In this document: piece by piece, positions 1 through 10,222 of the stretch | How the letters are laid out: every line of letters begins with the position of its first letter | Numbering within the stretch: position 1 is the first letter of the stretch | Source of the DNA: an uncultured bacterium | Lineage (GTDB): Bacteria; Acidobacteriota; Thermoanaerobaculia; Multivoradales; JAHZIX01 | Assembly (NCBI GenBank): GCA_965368975.1 | Contig: CBDUPA010000003.1 | Coordinates: 1-64,000 of the forward strand | DNA length: 64,000 bases | Direction of reading: 5' to 3' | Program-made: the position numbers and the translations under genes | The notes under the pieces: generated by a model | What the model was told of the DNA's origin: nothing | The model's input: only the letters and a program-made list of their open reading frames with translations | Database searches by the model: none

Positions 1-1
1 C

Positions 2-292
2 GGCGTGCTTCAGGCTCAGGGCGATCTAGTAGGTGCCCGCGCGTATCTGGAGCGTGTTTTGGATATCGAAATGTTGCTATATGGCACCCGCGATCACTAC
101 TCATCGGCAATGACCGAAGAGCAGCTTGGGTTTCTCTTGCTGCAACTCGGCGAGCCCCAGCGAGCCATAGAGTTGCTAACGCATGCGCTGCAGGTCTACC
201 ACCAAGCTCTCGGTCCACAGCATCTATACACAGTTCGGCTCGCAGGTTTCTTTGCCCAGATGCAACAGGCCGGCGACTCTCCACAAGACTGA
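2..292 (+). CDS. Tetratricopeptide-repeat protein, C-terminal part (truncated by window start)
   Basis: Frame open from base 2; helical TPR_12-like repeats (QGDLVGARAYLERVLDIE..., LGEPQRAIELLTHALQVYHQALGPQH). Confidence 0.75.
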   Translation, partial: GVLQAQGDLVGARAYLERVLDIEMLLYGTRDHYSSAMTEEQLGFLLLQLGEPQRAIELLTHALQVYHQALGPQHLYTVRLAGFFAQMQQAGDSPQD

Positions 293-296
293 TCTC

Positions 297-1391
297 CTAC
301 CAGCGCACACCCATCATCGTGCAGTTCAAACCACTGCCGATCCCCATCAACCCCGCCGCATCCCCAGCCTTCAGGCGTCCCGCTTCTGCCGCCTGCGCCA
401 GGGTGATCGGCAGGGCCGCCGGGCCGATGTTTCCCAAAGTCTCGACGTTCAGCTGCACCTTCTCGGGCGTCATTCCCAAGGCCTTGCCCACCGACTGGAC
501 GTGCTTGGTCGACACCTGGTGTGGCACGTAGACGTCGATCTGTTCGTCTCGCCAGTTGGGAATGTCCCGCTCGGCGACTTGCCAGGTGCGCTGTGCCAGT
601 GCCACGCCCGCTTGCAGCAGGGCTGCGGGGTCGACCAGCATCTGGTCCCGTTGGCCTAGACACAGACGGTTCTGCGACGTGTCCGCCAGGGTGACGGCAC
701 CCGTGATGTGATGGCCGTCGGGGTGGTCCTCAGCACGTCCCAAGAGCATCGCGACGGCGCCGGAGCCCAACGTCAGGGTCGCGAAGTGCCGGTGGAACTC
801 CTGGATCGTCACGTGCGACTGGCGCAGACGCTGGATCGTGGCTTCGACGACTTCGCGCGAACTCTCGCCGGCGACCACCAGCGCGTGCCGAGCCCAGCCG
901 GCGTCGAGGATCAAGGCGGCCTGCAGCATGCCATCGAGAAAGCCGAGGCAAGCGTTGCCGACGTCGAAGTTCATGCAGTGGGCGGGCAAGCCGAGGTTGC
1001 CGTGCACCAGGCAGGCGACGGAAGGCTCGACGTAGTCCTTCGACACCGAGGTGCTGACGATCAAGCCAATGTCGGCGGCGGCGGTGCCGGTCGTCTCGAG
1101 CAACTTGCGGGCGGCACGGGTGGCGGCGTCGGAGGGGGAGACGCCATCGCCCCAGAAGCGGCGCTCGGCCACGCCGGTGAGGCCGACGATCTGGTTGCGC
1201 GGCAGGCGCAGGCGCGCAACGGTGTCGGCGAGCTGCGCTTCCAGCTCACTGGACGGAACGACGTGTTGCGGCAACTCGTAAGCCAGGCCGGCGATCACCA
1301 GATCCCGTGGGATGCGGCGGCTGGGGACGGCGTCGGGGGAGGCTGTGGGCGCAGCTGAAGACCAGGCGGCCGGTGGAGAAGTGTGCGTCAT
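297..1391 (-). CDS. oleA: OleA-type thiolase-fold condensing enzyme (3-oxoacyl-ACP synthase III family)
   Basis: Motifs EPSVA (OleA catalytic Glu), NACLGF (Cys), PHQVS (His), GNIGPA, GIGSGLNC. Start taken at MTHTSPP (1391); the longer track ORF overlaps the MFS gene antisense. Confidence 0.8.
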   Translation of the reverse strand: MTHTSPPAAWSSAAPTASPDAVPSRRIPRDLVIAGLAYELPQHVVPSSELEAQLADTVARLRLPRNQIVGLTGVAERRFWGDGVSPSDAATRAARKLLETTGTAAADIGLIVSTSVSKDYVEPSVACLVHGNLGLPAHCMNFDVGNACLGFLDGMLQAALILDAGWARHALVVAGESSREVVEATIQRLRQSHVTIQEFHRHFATLTLGSGAVAMLLGRAEDHPDGHHITGAVTLADTSQNRLCLGQRDQMLVDPAALLQAGVALAQRTWQVAERDIPNWRDEQIDVYVPHQVSTKHVQSVGKALGMTPEKVQLNVETLGNIGPAALPITLAQAAEAGRLKAGDAAGLMGIGSGLNCTMMGVRW

Positions 1392-1470
1392 GGGAGGCGG
1401 AGTATAGCGTGAGGAATTGTCCGCGTACGGCGTGGTACGGAGCGGAGGCTGTGGTAGGGTCGCGCGCGCC

Positions 1471-2979
1471 ATGAGTCTGGAACCGAGTTCCCCGCCCACT
1501 GCGACCGCTGCGGTCGACCCTGCCGAACCCGGCATGGCGCCCAGGGCTTCGAGCCCGCGAGGCAAGCTGTCAGACGGCTGGCGTACGCTGGTCACGATCT
1601 GGTTCGGCCAGTTCGTCTCGGTCTTCGGTTCGGGCATCAGTGGTTTCGCGCTCGGCGTCTGGGTGTTCGACCAGTCTCGCTCGGCGACCGCGTTCAGCTT
1701 CCTGATCTTCATCACCTCGCTGCCGGCCATCTTGGCGACGCCGTTGACCGGCGTGCTGGTGGACCGCTGGGACCGCCGCTTCTGCATGCTGCTGGGCGAC
1801 ACGGTGGCCGCCATCTCGACGGTGATTCTGCTGGCGCTGGTGTGGGACAACGGTCTGCAGATGTGGCATCTCTACGTCTTGATCGCTGTCGGTGGTCTCT
1901 TTGGTTCGCTGCAGCAGCCGGCGTTCAGTGCCACGGTGCCGCTGCTCATTCCCAAGGATCAGCTCGGCCGTGCCGCGGGGATCTCGCAGATGGTGTTTTC
2001 GGCACCGCAGATCGTGACGCCGGTGCTCGGTGGCTTCCTGTACTCCCAGATCTACCTGCACGGCATCCTCATGATCGACCTCGCGACCTTCCTCGTGGCG
2101 GTCGTGACGCTGTTCATGGTGCGCTTCCCGAAGCCGCCCAAGTCGGCGCTGGGAGCGGAAGTCGACCGTGGCTCGTTCAAGGAGCAGGCGCTGTTCGGCT
2201 GGACCTACACGCGTGAGCGCAAGGGGCTGTTCGCCCTGATGTTGTTGTTCGCGATGTCCAACTTCTGCAGTGGCATGGCCTACGTGCTGTTCACGCCGTT
2301 GGTGCTGACCATCGGCGGACCGGAACAGCTGGGTATCGTCATGGGAGCGGGAGGCGCCGGCTTCCTGATCGGCAGCACGCTGATGGCCGCTTGGGGTGGG
2401 CCGGAGCGCAAGATCTTCGGTGTGCTGGGTGGTGTCCTGTTGCAGGGCTTGATGCTCTTCCTGGCAGTACTCGAGCCGACGACGATCGGCATCAGCGTCT
2501 TGGTGCTGGTGTTCATGGCCGCGTCGATGGTGGTCGGAGGGTGCAGTCAGGCGATCTGGCAGGTGAAGGTCGAGCCCGACCTGCAAGGACGGGTGTTCGC
2601 CATTCGCAAAATCGTCGCCTGGTCGACGTTGCCGCTGGCGCAGCTGCTGGGTGGACCGCTTGCGGACTATGTCTTCGAGCCTTGGATGCGCGAGGGCGGA
2701 TTCTTCGCCGAGACGGTTGTCGGTGAGATCATGGGGATCGGTCCGGGACGCGGTATCGCGCTGCTGTTCATCGTGCTCGGTGCGATCACGGTGGTGGTCG
2801 TCGCCGTGGGGCTGTCCCACGCGCACCTGCGGCGGGTCGACATCGAGTTGCCCGACGCCTTGGACGATCTGCCGCCGGGCATGGTTCTACCCAGCATGGG
2901 GCCGCCAGCCGGAGAGCAAGCCGGTGAGCAGGAGGGCGCCGAGGCATCGCCGGCAGAGCCGCCTACCGAGCACACCTAG
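1471..2979 (+). CDS. MFS transporter, DHA3/macrolide-efflux type
   Basis: About 12 hydrophobic helices; GVLVDRWDRR motif A; QGRVF motif in the second half. Confidence 0.9.
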   Translation: MSLEPSSPPTATAAVDPAEPGMAPRASSPRGKLSDGWRTLVTIWFGQFVSVFGSGISGFALGVWVFDQSRSATAFSFLIFITSLPAILATPLTGVLVDRWDRRFCMLLGDTVAAISTVILLALVWDNGLQMWHLYVLIAVGGLFGSLQQPAFSATVPLLIPKDQLGRAAGISQMVFSAPQIVTPVLGGFLYSQIYLHGILMIDLATFLVAVVTLFMVRFPKPPKSALGAEVDRGSFKEQALFGWTYTRERKGLFALMLLFAMSNFCSGMAYVLFTPLVLTIGGPEQLGIVMGAGGAGFLIGSTLMAAWGGPERKIFGVLGGVLLQGLMLFLAVLEPTTIGISVLVLVFMAASMVVGGCSQAIWQVKVEPDLQGRVFAIRKIVAWSTLPLAQLLGGPLADYVFEPWMREGGFFAETVVGEIMGIGPGRGIALLFIVLGAITVVVVAVGLSHAHLRRVDIELPDALDDLPPGMVLPSMGPPAGEQAGEQEGAEASPAEPPTEHT

Positions 2980-3126
2980 GTCGCGCAGGCGCGTCGGCCA
3001 AAAGCGCGGAAGGCTGATACTCTGAAGGCAGAGGCGCCGGTCGGACGAGTCGCCAGTGAACCTGCGGCTGGCCCGGGAGTGAAGAGCAGCTAGAACCGGC
3101 AGCTCGGCGCCCCGTAGGTAGTAGCT

Positions 3127-3852
3127 ATGGCAAAACCAGGCAGCTCGGCGCCGACCGTGTTCCGCATGCAGGGTGTGACGAAGGTCTACCACATGGGGGA
3201 GGTCGATGTGCATGCCCTGCGCGGCATCGATCTGGCCCTGCCTGAAGGTGAGCTGGTCGTGTTGCTGGGGCCGTCGGGCAGCGGCAAATCGACCTTGCTC
3301 AACATCCTGGGGGGGCTGGACGTGCCGACCGATGGCGTCGTGCACTACCGCCAGCAGGACATTACCGCCGCCGGTGAAAGCGAGCTGACGCGCTACCGCC
3401 GGCATCACGTTGGCTTCGTTTTCCAGTTCTACAACCTGATCCCGAGCTTGACGGCGCGGGAGAACGTGGCGCTGGTGACCGAGATTGCCGACGACCCGAT
3501 GACGCCGGAAGAGGCGCTGGAGTTGGTCGAGCTGAGCGGCCGTCTCGATCATTTCCCGGCGCAGCTCTCGGGCGGCGAACAGCAACGGGTGGCGATCGCG
3601 CGTGCCATCGCCAAGCGTCCCGACGTGCTGTTGTGCGACGAGCCGACCGGCGCGCTCGACATCACCACCGGCATGGTGGTGCTGGAGGCGATCGACCGGG
3701 TCAACCGGGAACTCGAGACGACGGTGGCCGTGATCACGCACAACGCTTCGATCGCGGACATGGCGCATCGCGTCATTACGCTGGCCGATGGCCGCATCGC
3801 CAGCCAGCGCGTCAATGAGCATCGCTCGGCGGTGCGCGAGCTGAGCTGGTAG
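3127..3852 (+). CDS. ABC transporter ATP-binding protein (LolD/MacB type)
   Basis: Walker A GPSGSGKS, signature [13 protein letters not shown], Walker [12 protein letters not shown]. Confidence 0.95.
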   Translation: MAKPGSSAPTVFRMQGVTKVYHMGEVDVHALRGIDLALPEGELVVLLGPSGSGKSTLLNILGGLDVPTDGVVHYRQQDITAAGESELTRYRRHHVGFVFQFYNLIPSLTARENVALVTEIADDPMTPEEALELVELSGRLDHFPAQLSGGEQQRVAIARAIAKRPDVLLCDEPTGALDITTGMVVLEAIDRVNRELETTVAVITHNASIADMAHRVITLADGRIASQRVNEHRSAVRELSW

Positions 3853-3865
3853 CGGGGAGGGCACC

Positions 3866-6229
3866 ATGCGCGCGCTGGACCGCAAGCTGCTTCGGGAACT
3901 CTGGGAGATGAAGGCCCAGGCGCTGGCGATCGCGCTGGTGATCGGAGCGGGCATTGCGCTTTACGTCGCCTACCTGAGCAACTTCCATTCGCTCGATCTG
4001 ACCCTCGACACCTACTACGAGCGCCAGCGCTTCGCCGATGTCTTCGCATCAATGAAGCGAGCGCCGCAGCGACTGGCCGACCGCATTGCCGAGATTCCCG
4101 GCGTGGCGCAGGTCCACACGCAGGTGGTGATGGACGTCAATGTCGACGTCGAGGGCATGACCGAGCCGGCGGTCGGGCGGCTGGTGTCGATTCCCGAGGT
4201 CGACCGCGATCATCTCAACGACCTCTACCTGCGCCGAGGGCGGTACCTCGAGCCCGGGCGTAGCGACGAAATCCTGATCAGCGAAGGCTTCGCCGACGCC
4301 CACGGGTTCATGCCGGGCGATACGGTGGCGGCGATCGTCAACGGGACACGCCGACGCTTGGAGATCGTCGGTGTTGCGCTGTCGCCCGAGTATGTCTACA
4401 CGATCCGTCCCGGTGATCTGTTCCCGGACGACACCCGTTTCGGCATCTTCTGGATGGAGCGAAGAGCTCTGGCCAGCGCCTTCGACATGGAGGGTGGTTT
4501 CAACACCGTCGCCCTGAAGTTGGTGCCGGGGGCGTCGAAGCCGGAGGTGATCGCGCGGTTGGATGTGTTGCTCGAGCCCTACGGAGGGCTCGGGGCCATC
4601 CCACGTGAGTTGCAGCTCTCGCATTGGACGATGAGCAACGAGCTGGCGCAGCTGAGTTCGATGGGAGTGATCATTCCGGCGATCTTTCTGTCCGTGGCCG
4701 CCTTCTTGCTCAATGTGGTGATGGCACGCGTGATCTCGGTGCAGCGCGAGCAGATCGCGGCACTCAAGGCGCTCGGCTACAGCAATCGGAATATCGGCGT
4801 GCACTACGTCAAGTTGGGCATGGCGATCGCCTTCCTGGGAGCGTTGCTCGGCGTGGCTGGTGGGCTGTGGCTGGGCAATGCCCTGGCGCACCTCTACGCG
4901 ACCTTCTTCCGTTTCCCGATCCTCTACTACGAGCTGCCGCCGCAGGTGTTGGTGAATGCCTTCGCCATTAGCCTCGGCGCGGCAGTTCTGGGCGTGCTGA
5001 GCACCGTCCGCAAGGCCGTGCGCTTGCCGCCTGCCGAGGCGATGCGCCCGGAGCCGCCGGCCAACTACAAGCGCACGCTTCTCGAGCGACTGGGCCTGGC
5101 TGCCTTGCTCAGCCCGCCGGCGCGCATGGTGCTGCGCAATTTGGAGCGGCGGCCGCTGCGCGCCGCGCTGTCGGTGTTGGGGGTCGGTTTCGCCTGTGCG
5201 CTGCTGGTTGTTGGCCTGTTCTTCGTCGACTCGATGGACGTGCTGCTCGATTTACAGTTCAATGTCGTGCAGCGCGAAGACGTCACCATCACCTTCTACG
5301 AGCCGACCTCGCCGCGGGCTCGCCACGAGCTGGCCCGCCTGCCTGGGGTGCTGCAGCTGGAGCCGCTACGCATAGTGCCGGCGCGCTTGCGACACGGCTA
5401 TCGCTCGCGTCAGCTGGCCCTCACCGGCATTCCCCAGGGAGCCGAGCTGCAGCGTATCGTGGGGGCCGATTTCCGGAGCCGCCAGCTGCCAGTCGCGGGT
5501 CTAGTGCTGTCTGAGCAACTCGCCCAGGTCCTGCGCCTGCAGCCGGGCGAACTCGTGACGGTGGAGGTCTTGGAAGGTCGGCGCCCGGTCTACGAGCTGC
5601 CGGTGACCGCAGTGGTCGACGACTTCATGGGGCTGTCTGCCTACATGGAACTTGGCTCTCTGCACCGTCTGCTGCGGGAAGACGCGCTGCTCTCCGGGGC
5701 CCGGATGCGGGTTGACGAGACGCTCGAGTTGGACTTGTACCAGAGGCTCAAAGAAACACCCGGTGTGGCCGGCGTCGGCCTCAAGCGCGCGGCGCTGAAC
5801 AACTTCCAAGAGACCCTGGGCCAGAACATGAACACCATGATCTTCTTCAACATACTCTTCGCCGGCATTATCGCCTTCGGCGTGGTGTACAACGCGGCGC
5901 GCATCTCGCTCTCCGAACGCAGCCGTGAGCTGGCCAGTTTGCGCGTGCTCGGGTTCACGCGTGCCGAGATCTCCGGCATTTTGCTCGGTGAGCTGGGGGT
6001 CGTGACGCTACTGGCATTGCCAGTGGGCCTGCTGATCGGTACCGGCCTGTCGGTGCTGGCGGTCGAGGCCCTGGCCACGGAGTTGTACCGCTTTCCGATC
6101 GTCCTGCGTGCCGACTCGCTGCTGCAGGCTGCCGGTGTGGTGGCCGTCGCGGCCTTGCTCTCCGGCTTAGCAGTGCGCCGGCGTCTCGATCGCCTCGATC
6201 TGGTAGAAGTCTTGAAAACTCGGGAGTGA
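3866..6229 (+). CDS. ABC transporter permease with duplicated FtsX/MacB domains
   Basis: Two periplasmic+TM halves with [14 protein letters not shown] and [15 protein letters not shown] motifs. Confidence 0.9.
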   Translation: MRALDRKLLRELWEMKAQALAIALVIGAGIALYVAYLSNFHSLDLTLDTYYERQRFADVFASMKRAPQRLADRIAEIPGVAQVHTQVVMDVNVDVEGMTEPAVGRLVSIPEVDRDHLNDLYLRRGRYLEPGRSDEILISEGFADAHGFMPGDTVAAIVNGTRRRLEIVGVALSPEYVYTIRPGDLFPDDTRFGIFWMERRALASAFDMEGGFNTVALKLVPGASKPEVIARLDVLLEPYGGLGAIPRELQLSHWTMSNELAQLSSMGVIIPAIFLSVAAFLLNVVMARVISVQREQIAALKALGYSNRNIGVHYVKLGMAIAFLGALLGVAGGLWLGNALAHLYATFFRFPILYYELPPQVLVNAFAISLGAAVLGVLSTVRKAVRLPPAEAMRPEPPANYKRTLLERLGLAALLSPPARMVLRNLERRPLRAALSVLGVGFACALLVVGLFFVDSMDVLLDLQFNVVQREDVTITFYEPTSPRARHELARLPGVLQLEPLRIVPARLRHGYRSRQLALTGIPQGAELQRIVGADFRSRQLPVAGLVLSEQLAQVLRLQPGELVTVEVLEGRRPVYELPVTAVVDDFMGLSAYMELGSLHRLLREDALLSGARMRVDETLELDLYQRLKETPGVAGVGLKRAALNNFQETLGQNMNTMIFFNILFAGIIAFGVVYNAARISLSERSRELASLRVLGFTRAEISGILLGELGVVTLLALPVGLLIGTGLSVLAVEALATELYRFPIVLRADSLLQAAGVVAVAALLSGLAVRRRLDRLDLVEVLKTRE

Positions 6230-6233
6230 AGCA

Positions 6234-7466
6234 ATGGCGAAACAGGGACAAGTAAAGCAGAATCATGTGCATCGGCGCTGGCTTCGGCGCCTGGTATGGC
6301 TCTTGGCCTCGGCCGTCGGGGTCGTCCTGATCGCGCTGGCCATGCGGCCGCAGCCGGTACCGGTCGACCTGGCGTCGGCGCAGCGCGGGCCGCTGGAGGT
6401 GACGGTCGACGAGGAGGGCGAGACGCGGGTGCGTGAGCGCTATGTGGTGTCGGCACCGCTAGCCGGGCGCGTGCTGCGTATCGAACTCGAACCAGGCGAT
6501 CCGGTGGTTGCCGAGGAGACGATACTGGCGATCTTCCAGCCTGCCGAGCCCGTGCTGCTGGACGCTCGCAGCCGGGCCGAGGCCGCCGCGCGCGTACAGG
6601 CGATGCGTGCCGCCGTCAGCCGTGCCCAGGCCGAGCGAGACGGTGCCGCCGCTGAGCTAGAGTACCGTCAGGCCGAACTCCGGCGGTTCCAGCGCCTGGC
6701 TGCCGAGGGAGTCGTGTCGGGCGAAGCCCTCGACGCCGCGCAGATCGGTGCGCGCACCGCCGAGGAGTCGCTGAAGGCGGCCGAGTCTGCGCTGCGCAAC
6801 ACGCGCTACGAACTGGAAGTGGCACGCGCGGCACTGATCGAAGATGGACCGGGTACGGCAGGTCGTACGCTCGAGCTGCGCTCGCCGGTCGACGGTGCAG
6901 TGCTCAAGCGGCTGCGCGAGAGCGAGGCGATCGTGGCGGCGGGGGAACCGCTACTAGAGGTGGGAGACCCGCGGCAGCTGGAGATCATCGCCGATTTCCT
7001 GTCCACCGACGCGGTCAAGATCCGGCCCGGGCAGGCGGTCTATGTTGAGCAGTGGGGCGGGGAAGGCAGCCTGGCGGGCCGCGTGCGGCGCGTCGAGCCC
7101 TCGGGCTTCATGAAGGTGTCGGCGCTCGGTGTCGAGGAGCAGCGGGTCAATGTGATCCTCGACCTGGTCGAGCCGGCCGAGCGCTGGCAGGCTCTGGGCG
7201 ATGGTTACCGCGTCGAGGTGCGGGTGCTGGTGTGGCAAGCGGACGACGCCCTCAAAGTGCCGACGTCGAGCCTGTTCCGGGATGGTGATGCCTGGGCCGT
7301 GCTGACGGTACAAGCTGGCCAGGCCCGCAAGGTACGCCTCGAGTTGGGGCAGCACAATGGCCGCGAAGCCGAGGTGCGTTCCGGCCTGACGGCGGGTCAG
7401 GAGGTCGTGATACATCCTGGTGATCGAGTTGCCGACGGCATCAAAGTCACGGCGCGCGAAGAATGA
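6234..7466 (+). CDS. HlyD/MacA-family efflux periplasmic adaptor
   Basis: N-terminal TM, lipoyl half-motifs (VSAPLAGRV, LRSPVDGAV), coiled-coil hairpin. Confidence 0.9.
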   Translation: MAKQGQVKQNHVHRRWLRRLVWLLASAVGVVLIALAMRPQPVPVDLASAQRGPLEVTVDEEGETRVRERYVVSAPLAGRVLRIELEPGDPVVAEETILAIFQPAEPVLLDARSRAEAAARVQAMRAAVSRAQAERDGAAAELEYRQAELRRFQRLAAEGVVSGEALDAAQIGARTAEESLKAAESALRNTRYELEVARAALIEDGPGTAGRTLELRSPVDGAVLKRLRESEAIVAAGEPLLEVGDPRQLEIIADFLSTDAVKIRPGQAVYVEQWGGEGSLAGRVRRVEPSGFMKVSALGVEEQRVNVILDLVEPAERWQALGDGYRVEVRVLVWQADDALKVPTSSLFRDGDAWAVLTVQAGQARKVRLELGQHNGREAEVRSGLTAGQEVVIHPGDRVADGIKVTAREE

Positions 7467-7546
7467 TGCCTGGGCGCGATCTTGCGGCCTGCCTTTGCAA
7501 GGGGTTCGGATTCACGTCAGCTTGAGCTATACTCTCGGACCTGAGT

Positions 7547-7800
7547 GATCCGCGTTCGGCTTCGTGTGTAGCATGGTATCGCTCCACAGAACGAACACGG
7601 ATCTGACTTAACTCTTTCCGTCAATTCCTCATTGACGGTCTTGAAATTGCGCCAGCTGAGGAGGAGCCCGCCGAAGGGGAGTAAACCCAGCAGAGCGCCC
7701 AAGCAAACAAGCAAGACTCGGTAGATTGCGCGGAAGGCGTGTGCCGGACGGGCGGGTTCAGCACGTGCTGAACGCCTGACCAGTAGCGCTTCGGTCAGCA
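7547..7800 (+). promoter_or_regulatory. Structured leader with several inverted repeats upstream of the fkb operon
   Basis: IRs at 7547-7558/7592-7603 and 7618-7625/7631-7638, perfect palindrome GTTCAGCACGTGCTGAAC at 7756-7773, CTGACC/GGTCAG at 7776-7798. Confidence 0.35.
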
Positions 7801-7857
7801 ACACGTCGGCGCCATGGCGCTGTGGACTAAGTACCGCGTATGCCTTTGGAGGATAGC

Positions 7858-8721
7858 ATGAAATTCGAGACTGTGGGAGTGGTAGGAGCTGGCGTCATGG
7901 GTGCCGGCTTGGCCCAGAACCTGGCGCAGACCGATCACAAGGTGGTGCTGGTCGATATCGGCCAGGAGCAATTGGATCGTGCTCGAGACGAGATCCGCAG
8001 GAACATCCGCATGCAGGCCTTCTTCACCAAGGAGAAGCCGAAGGACGACATCGACACGGTGCTCGGCCGTATTCTGTTCACCACCGACTACGGCGACTTG
8101 AAAGACTCCGACTTCCTGGTCGAGAACGTCACCGAGAATCTGGCGATCAAGGAGAAGGTCTACCGCATCATTGACGGCATCTGCCCGGATCGCTGCGTCT
8201 TCGCGGTCAATACCTCGTGCATTTCGATCACCCGCGTGGGCTCCTGGACGCAGCGCGCGGACCGCATCCTCGGCATGCACTTCATGAACCCGGTGCCGCT
8301 CAAGCCGGTGGTCGAGACTATTCGTGGCTACCACACCACCGAAGAGACCATCGAGACTGCCAAGGCATTTCTCGCCGGTTTCGGCAAAGAAGCCATCGTG
8401 GTCAACGACATGCCCGGCTTCGTCTCCAACCGCGTCCTGATGCTGACCGTCAACGAGGCCATCTTCCTGGTCCAGGACGGTGTTGCCCCGGCCGAAGACG
8501 TGGACCGCATCTTCAAGACCTGCTTTGGTCACAAGATGGGTCCGTTGGAGACCGGCGACCTGATCGGGCTCGACACCATTCTCTACTCGTTGGACATGCT
8601 CTACGAGGCCTACAACGACGACAAATTCCGCCCCTGCCCATTGCTCAAGAAGATGGTCTATGCCGGCCTGCATGGTCGCAAGAGTGGCAAGGGTTTCTAC
8701 GATTACGGCGCTTCGATCTGA
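7858..8721 (+). CDS. fkbK: 3-hydroxyacyl-CoA dehydrogenase family, FkbK/ZmaG-like glyceryl-ACP dehydrogenase
   Basis: GAGVMG Rossmann motif, NTS, GMHFMNP, PGFVSNR; GGAGG RBS; context with ACP, acyl-CoA DH and FkbH. Confidence 0.85.
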   Translation: MKFETVGVVGAGVMGAGLAQNLAQTDHKVVLVDIGQEQLDRARDEIRRNIRMQAFFTKEKPKDDIDTVLGRILFTTDYGDLKDSDFLVENVTENLAIKEKVYRIIDGICPDRCVFAVNTSCISITRVGSWTQRADRILGMHFMNPVPLKPVVETIRGYHTTEETIETAKAFLAGFGKEAIVVNDMPGFVSNRVLMLTVNEAIFLVQDGVAPAEDVDRIFKTCFGHKMGPLETGDLIGLDTILYSLDMLYEAYNDDKFRPCPLLKKMVYAGLHGRKSGKGFYDYGASI

Positions 8722-8757
8722 AGCGCCTCCAACTGAGGCAGCAAGAGGGATTCGACA

Positions 8758-8997
8758 ATGGAAGAGCGTAAGCAAAAGATCAAAGCCTTTCTGGCGCGGT
8801 TTTTCCGCAATCACGAGCTGAAGGACGACGAAGACATCTTCGCCCTCGGCTTCGTCAACTCGCTGCTTGCCATGCAGCTGGTGCAATTCGTCGAGAAGGA
8901 ATTCTCAGTCAGTATCGGAGACGATGATCTCGACCTCGACAACTTCCGCTCGATCAACAGCATCGATGCGCTGGTCGAGCGCAAGGCAGGAGCCTGA
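8758..8997 (+). CDS. fkbJ: Acyl carrier protein, FkbJ/ZmaD-like
   Basis: 79 aa acidic protein with GFVNSLLAMQLV phosphopantetheine site of the methoxy/hydroxymalonyl-ACP type. Confidence 0.9.
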   Translation: MEERKQKIKAFLARFFRNHELKDDEDIFALGFVNSLLAMQLVQFVEKEFSVSIGDDDLDLDNFRSINSIDALVERKAGA

Positions 8998-9001
8998 GCT
9001 C

Positions 9002-10186
9002 ATGACCATTGCTGAAGCGGGAGCGGCTGTAGAGACGGGCATGCATGTGGAGTTGTCCGAGGGGCAACAGCAGGCCCGCCTGGAATTCCGCGCTTTCACT
9101 CGCGAGCACGTCACGCCCTTCGCCGCTGACTGGGACCGCGAGCGAGCCATCCCGATGGACCTGGTCCAGAAGATGCGCGAGCGCGGTTACCTGGGGGCCA
9201 TCCTGCCCACCGATTGCGGCGGTGGCGGTATGGATCCGGTGACCTACGGCCTGCTGACCGAAGAACTGAGCGTTGGCTGCTCTTCGGTGCGCACCCTGCT
9301 CACCGTGCACGACATGGCCGCGGTCGCGATCAACCGCTGGGGCAACGCCAAGCTGCGGGAGACCTTCATGCCACGGATCGCCACGGGCGAGCTGATCGCG
9401 GCTATGGCGCTGTCCGAAGAGAACGTCGGCAGTGATGCGGCCGCCGTCGAAGCCGAGGCGCACGAAGTCGAGGACGGCTGGGTGCTCAATGGATCCAAGC
9501 ACTGGACCACCTACGGCATGATGGCCGACGTCATCCTGGTCTTCGCCGCGGTGATTCAGGACGGCGACCGCAAGCTCGCCGCCTTCCTGGTGCCCGCGGA
9601 CACTCCGGGCCTCGAGCGTCAACCGATTCCAGGCATGACTGGCTTGCGCGCCTCGCGCATCGCCCACCTCGACCTTCGCGACTGCAAGGTGCCCAAAGAC
9701 CACCTGGTTGGCCGGGTCGGTTTCGGCTTCTCGCATGTGGGGTCCACCGCTCTGGATCAGGGGCGCTACAGCGTCGCTTGGGGTTCCGTGGGGCTGGCCC
9801 AGGCCTGTCTCGACGCCACCCTGGACTACACTGCTAGCCGGCATCAGTTCGGTGTCCCGCTGAACAAGCACCAACTGGTGCGGCGCAAGCTCACCGAGAT
9901 GATCGTCAACACCCGGGCGGCTCGCTTGCTTTGTTACCGTGCTGGCTTCCAGCGCCGTGTCGGAGACCCGTCGGCGGCCGTCGAAGCGATGGTGGCCAAG
10001 TACTACGCTTCGCGCGTCGCGTCTTCCGCGGCTGCCGATGCAGTCCAATTGCACGGGGCCCGCGGACTCAACGAGGCCAGTCCGGTCGAGCGCTATCAGC
10101 GCGACGCCCTGGTGGGTGAGATCATCGAAGGTAGCAGCCAGATCCAGCAGATCATCATCCCACGCTCTCCGCTCCCTGAGCTCTGA
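9002..10186 (+). CDS. fkbI: Acyl-CoA dehydrogenase family, FkbI/ZmaE-like
   Basis: ALSEENVGSD, LNGSKHWTT, RHQFG, AVQLHGARG, EIIEGSSQIQ motifs. Confidence 0.85.
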   Translation: MTIAEAGAAVETGMHVELSEGQQQARLEFRAFTREHVTPFAADWDRERAIPMDLVQKMRERGYLGAILPTDCGGGGMDPVTYGLLTEELSVGCSSVRTLLTVHDMAAVAINRWGNAKLRETFMPRIATGELIAAMALSEENVGSDAAAVEAEAHEVEDGWVLNGSKHWTTYGMMADVILVFAAVIQDGDRKLAAFLVPADTPGLERQPIPGMTGLRASRIAHLDLRDCKVPKDHLVGRVGFGFSHVGSTALDQGRYSVAWGSVGLAQACLDATLDYTASRHQFGVPLNKHQLVRRKLTEMIVNTRAARLLCYRAGFQRRVGDPSAAVEAMVAKYYASRVASSAAADAVQLHGARGLNEASPVERYQRDALVGEIIEGSSQIQQIIIPRSPLPEL

Positions 10187-10222
10187 GAGCTCGAAGGACC
10201 CCTGCCATGAGGATCCCGCATC

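Noticed and set aside
1392-1850. N-terminal extension of the OleA ORF given in the track (517 aa)
   Set aside because: It overlaps the MFS gene antisense and has no thiolase similarity; start reassigned to 1391.
3127-7466. ABC exporter as the dedicated leader-cleaving RiPP transporter
   Set aside because: MacB/FtsX type with no C39 peptidase domain, and 8 kb away from the precursors.
7655-7725. Glycine- or lysine-riboswitch-like words (CGCCGAAGGGGAGT)
   Set aside because: Lacks the CTCTCAGG and other required flanking elements; I cannot support a named riboswitch.
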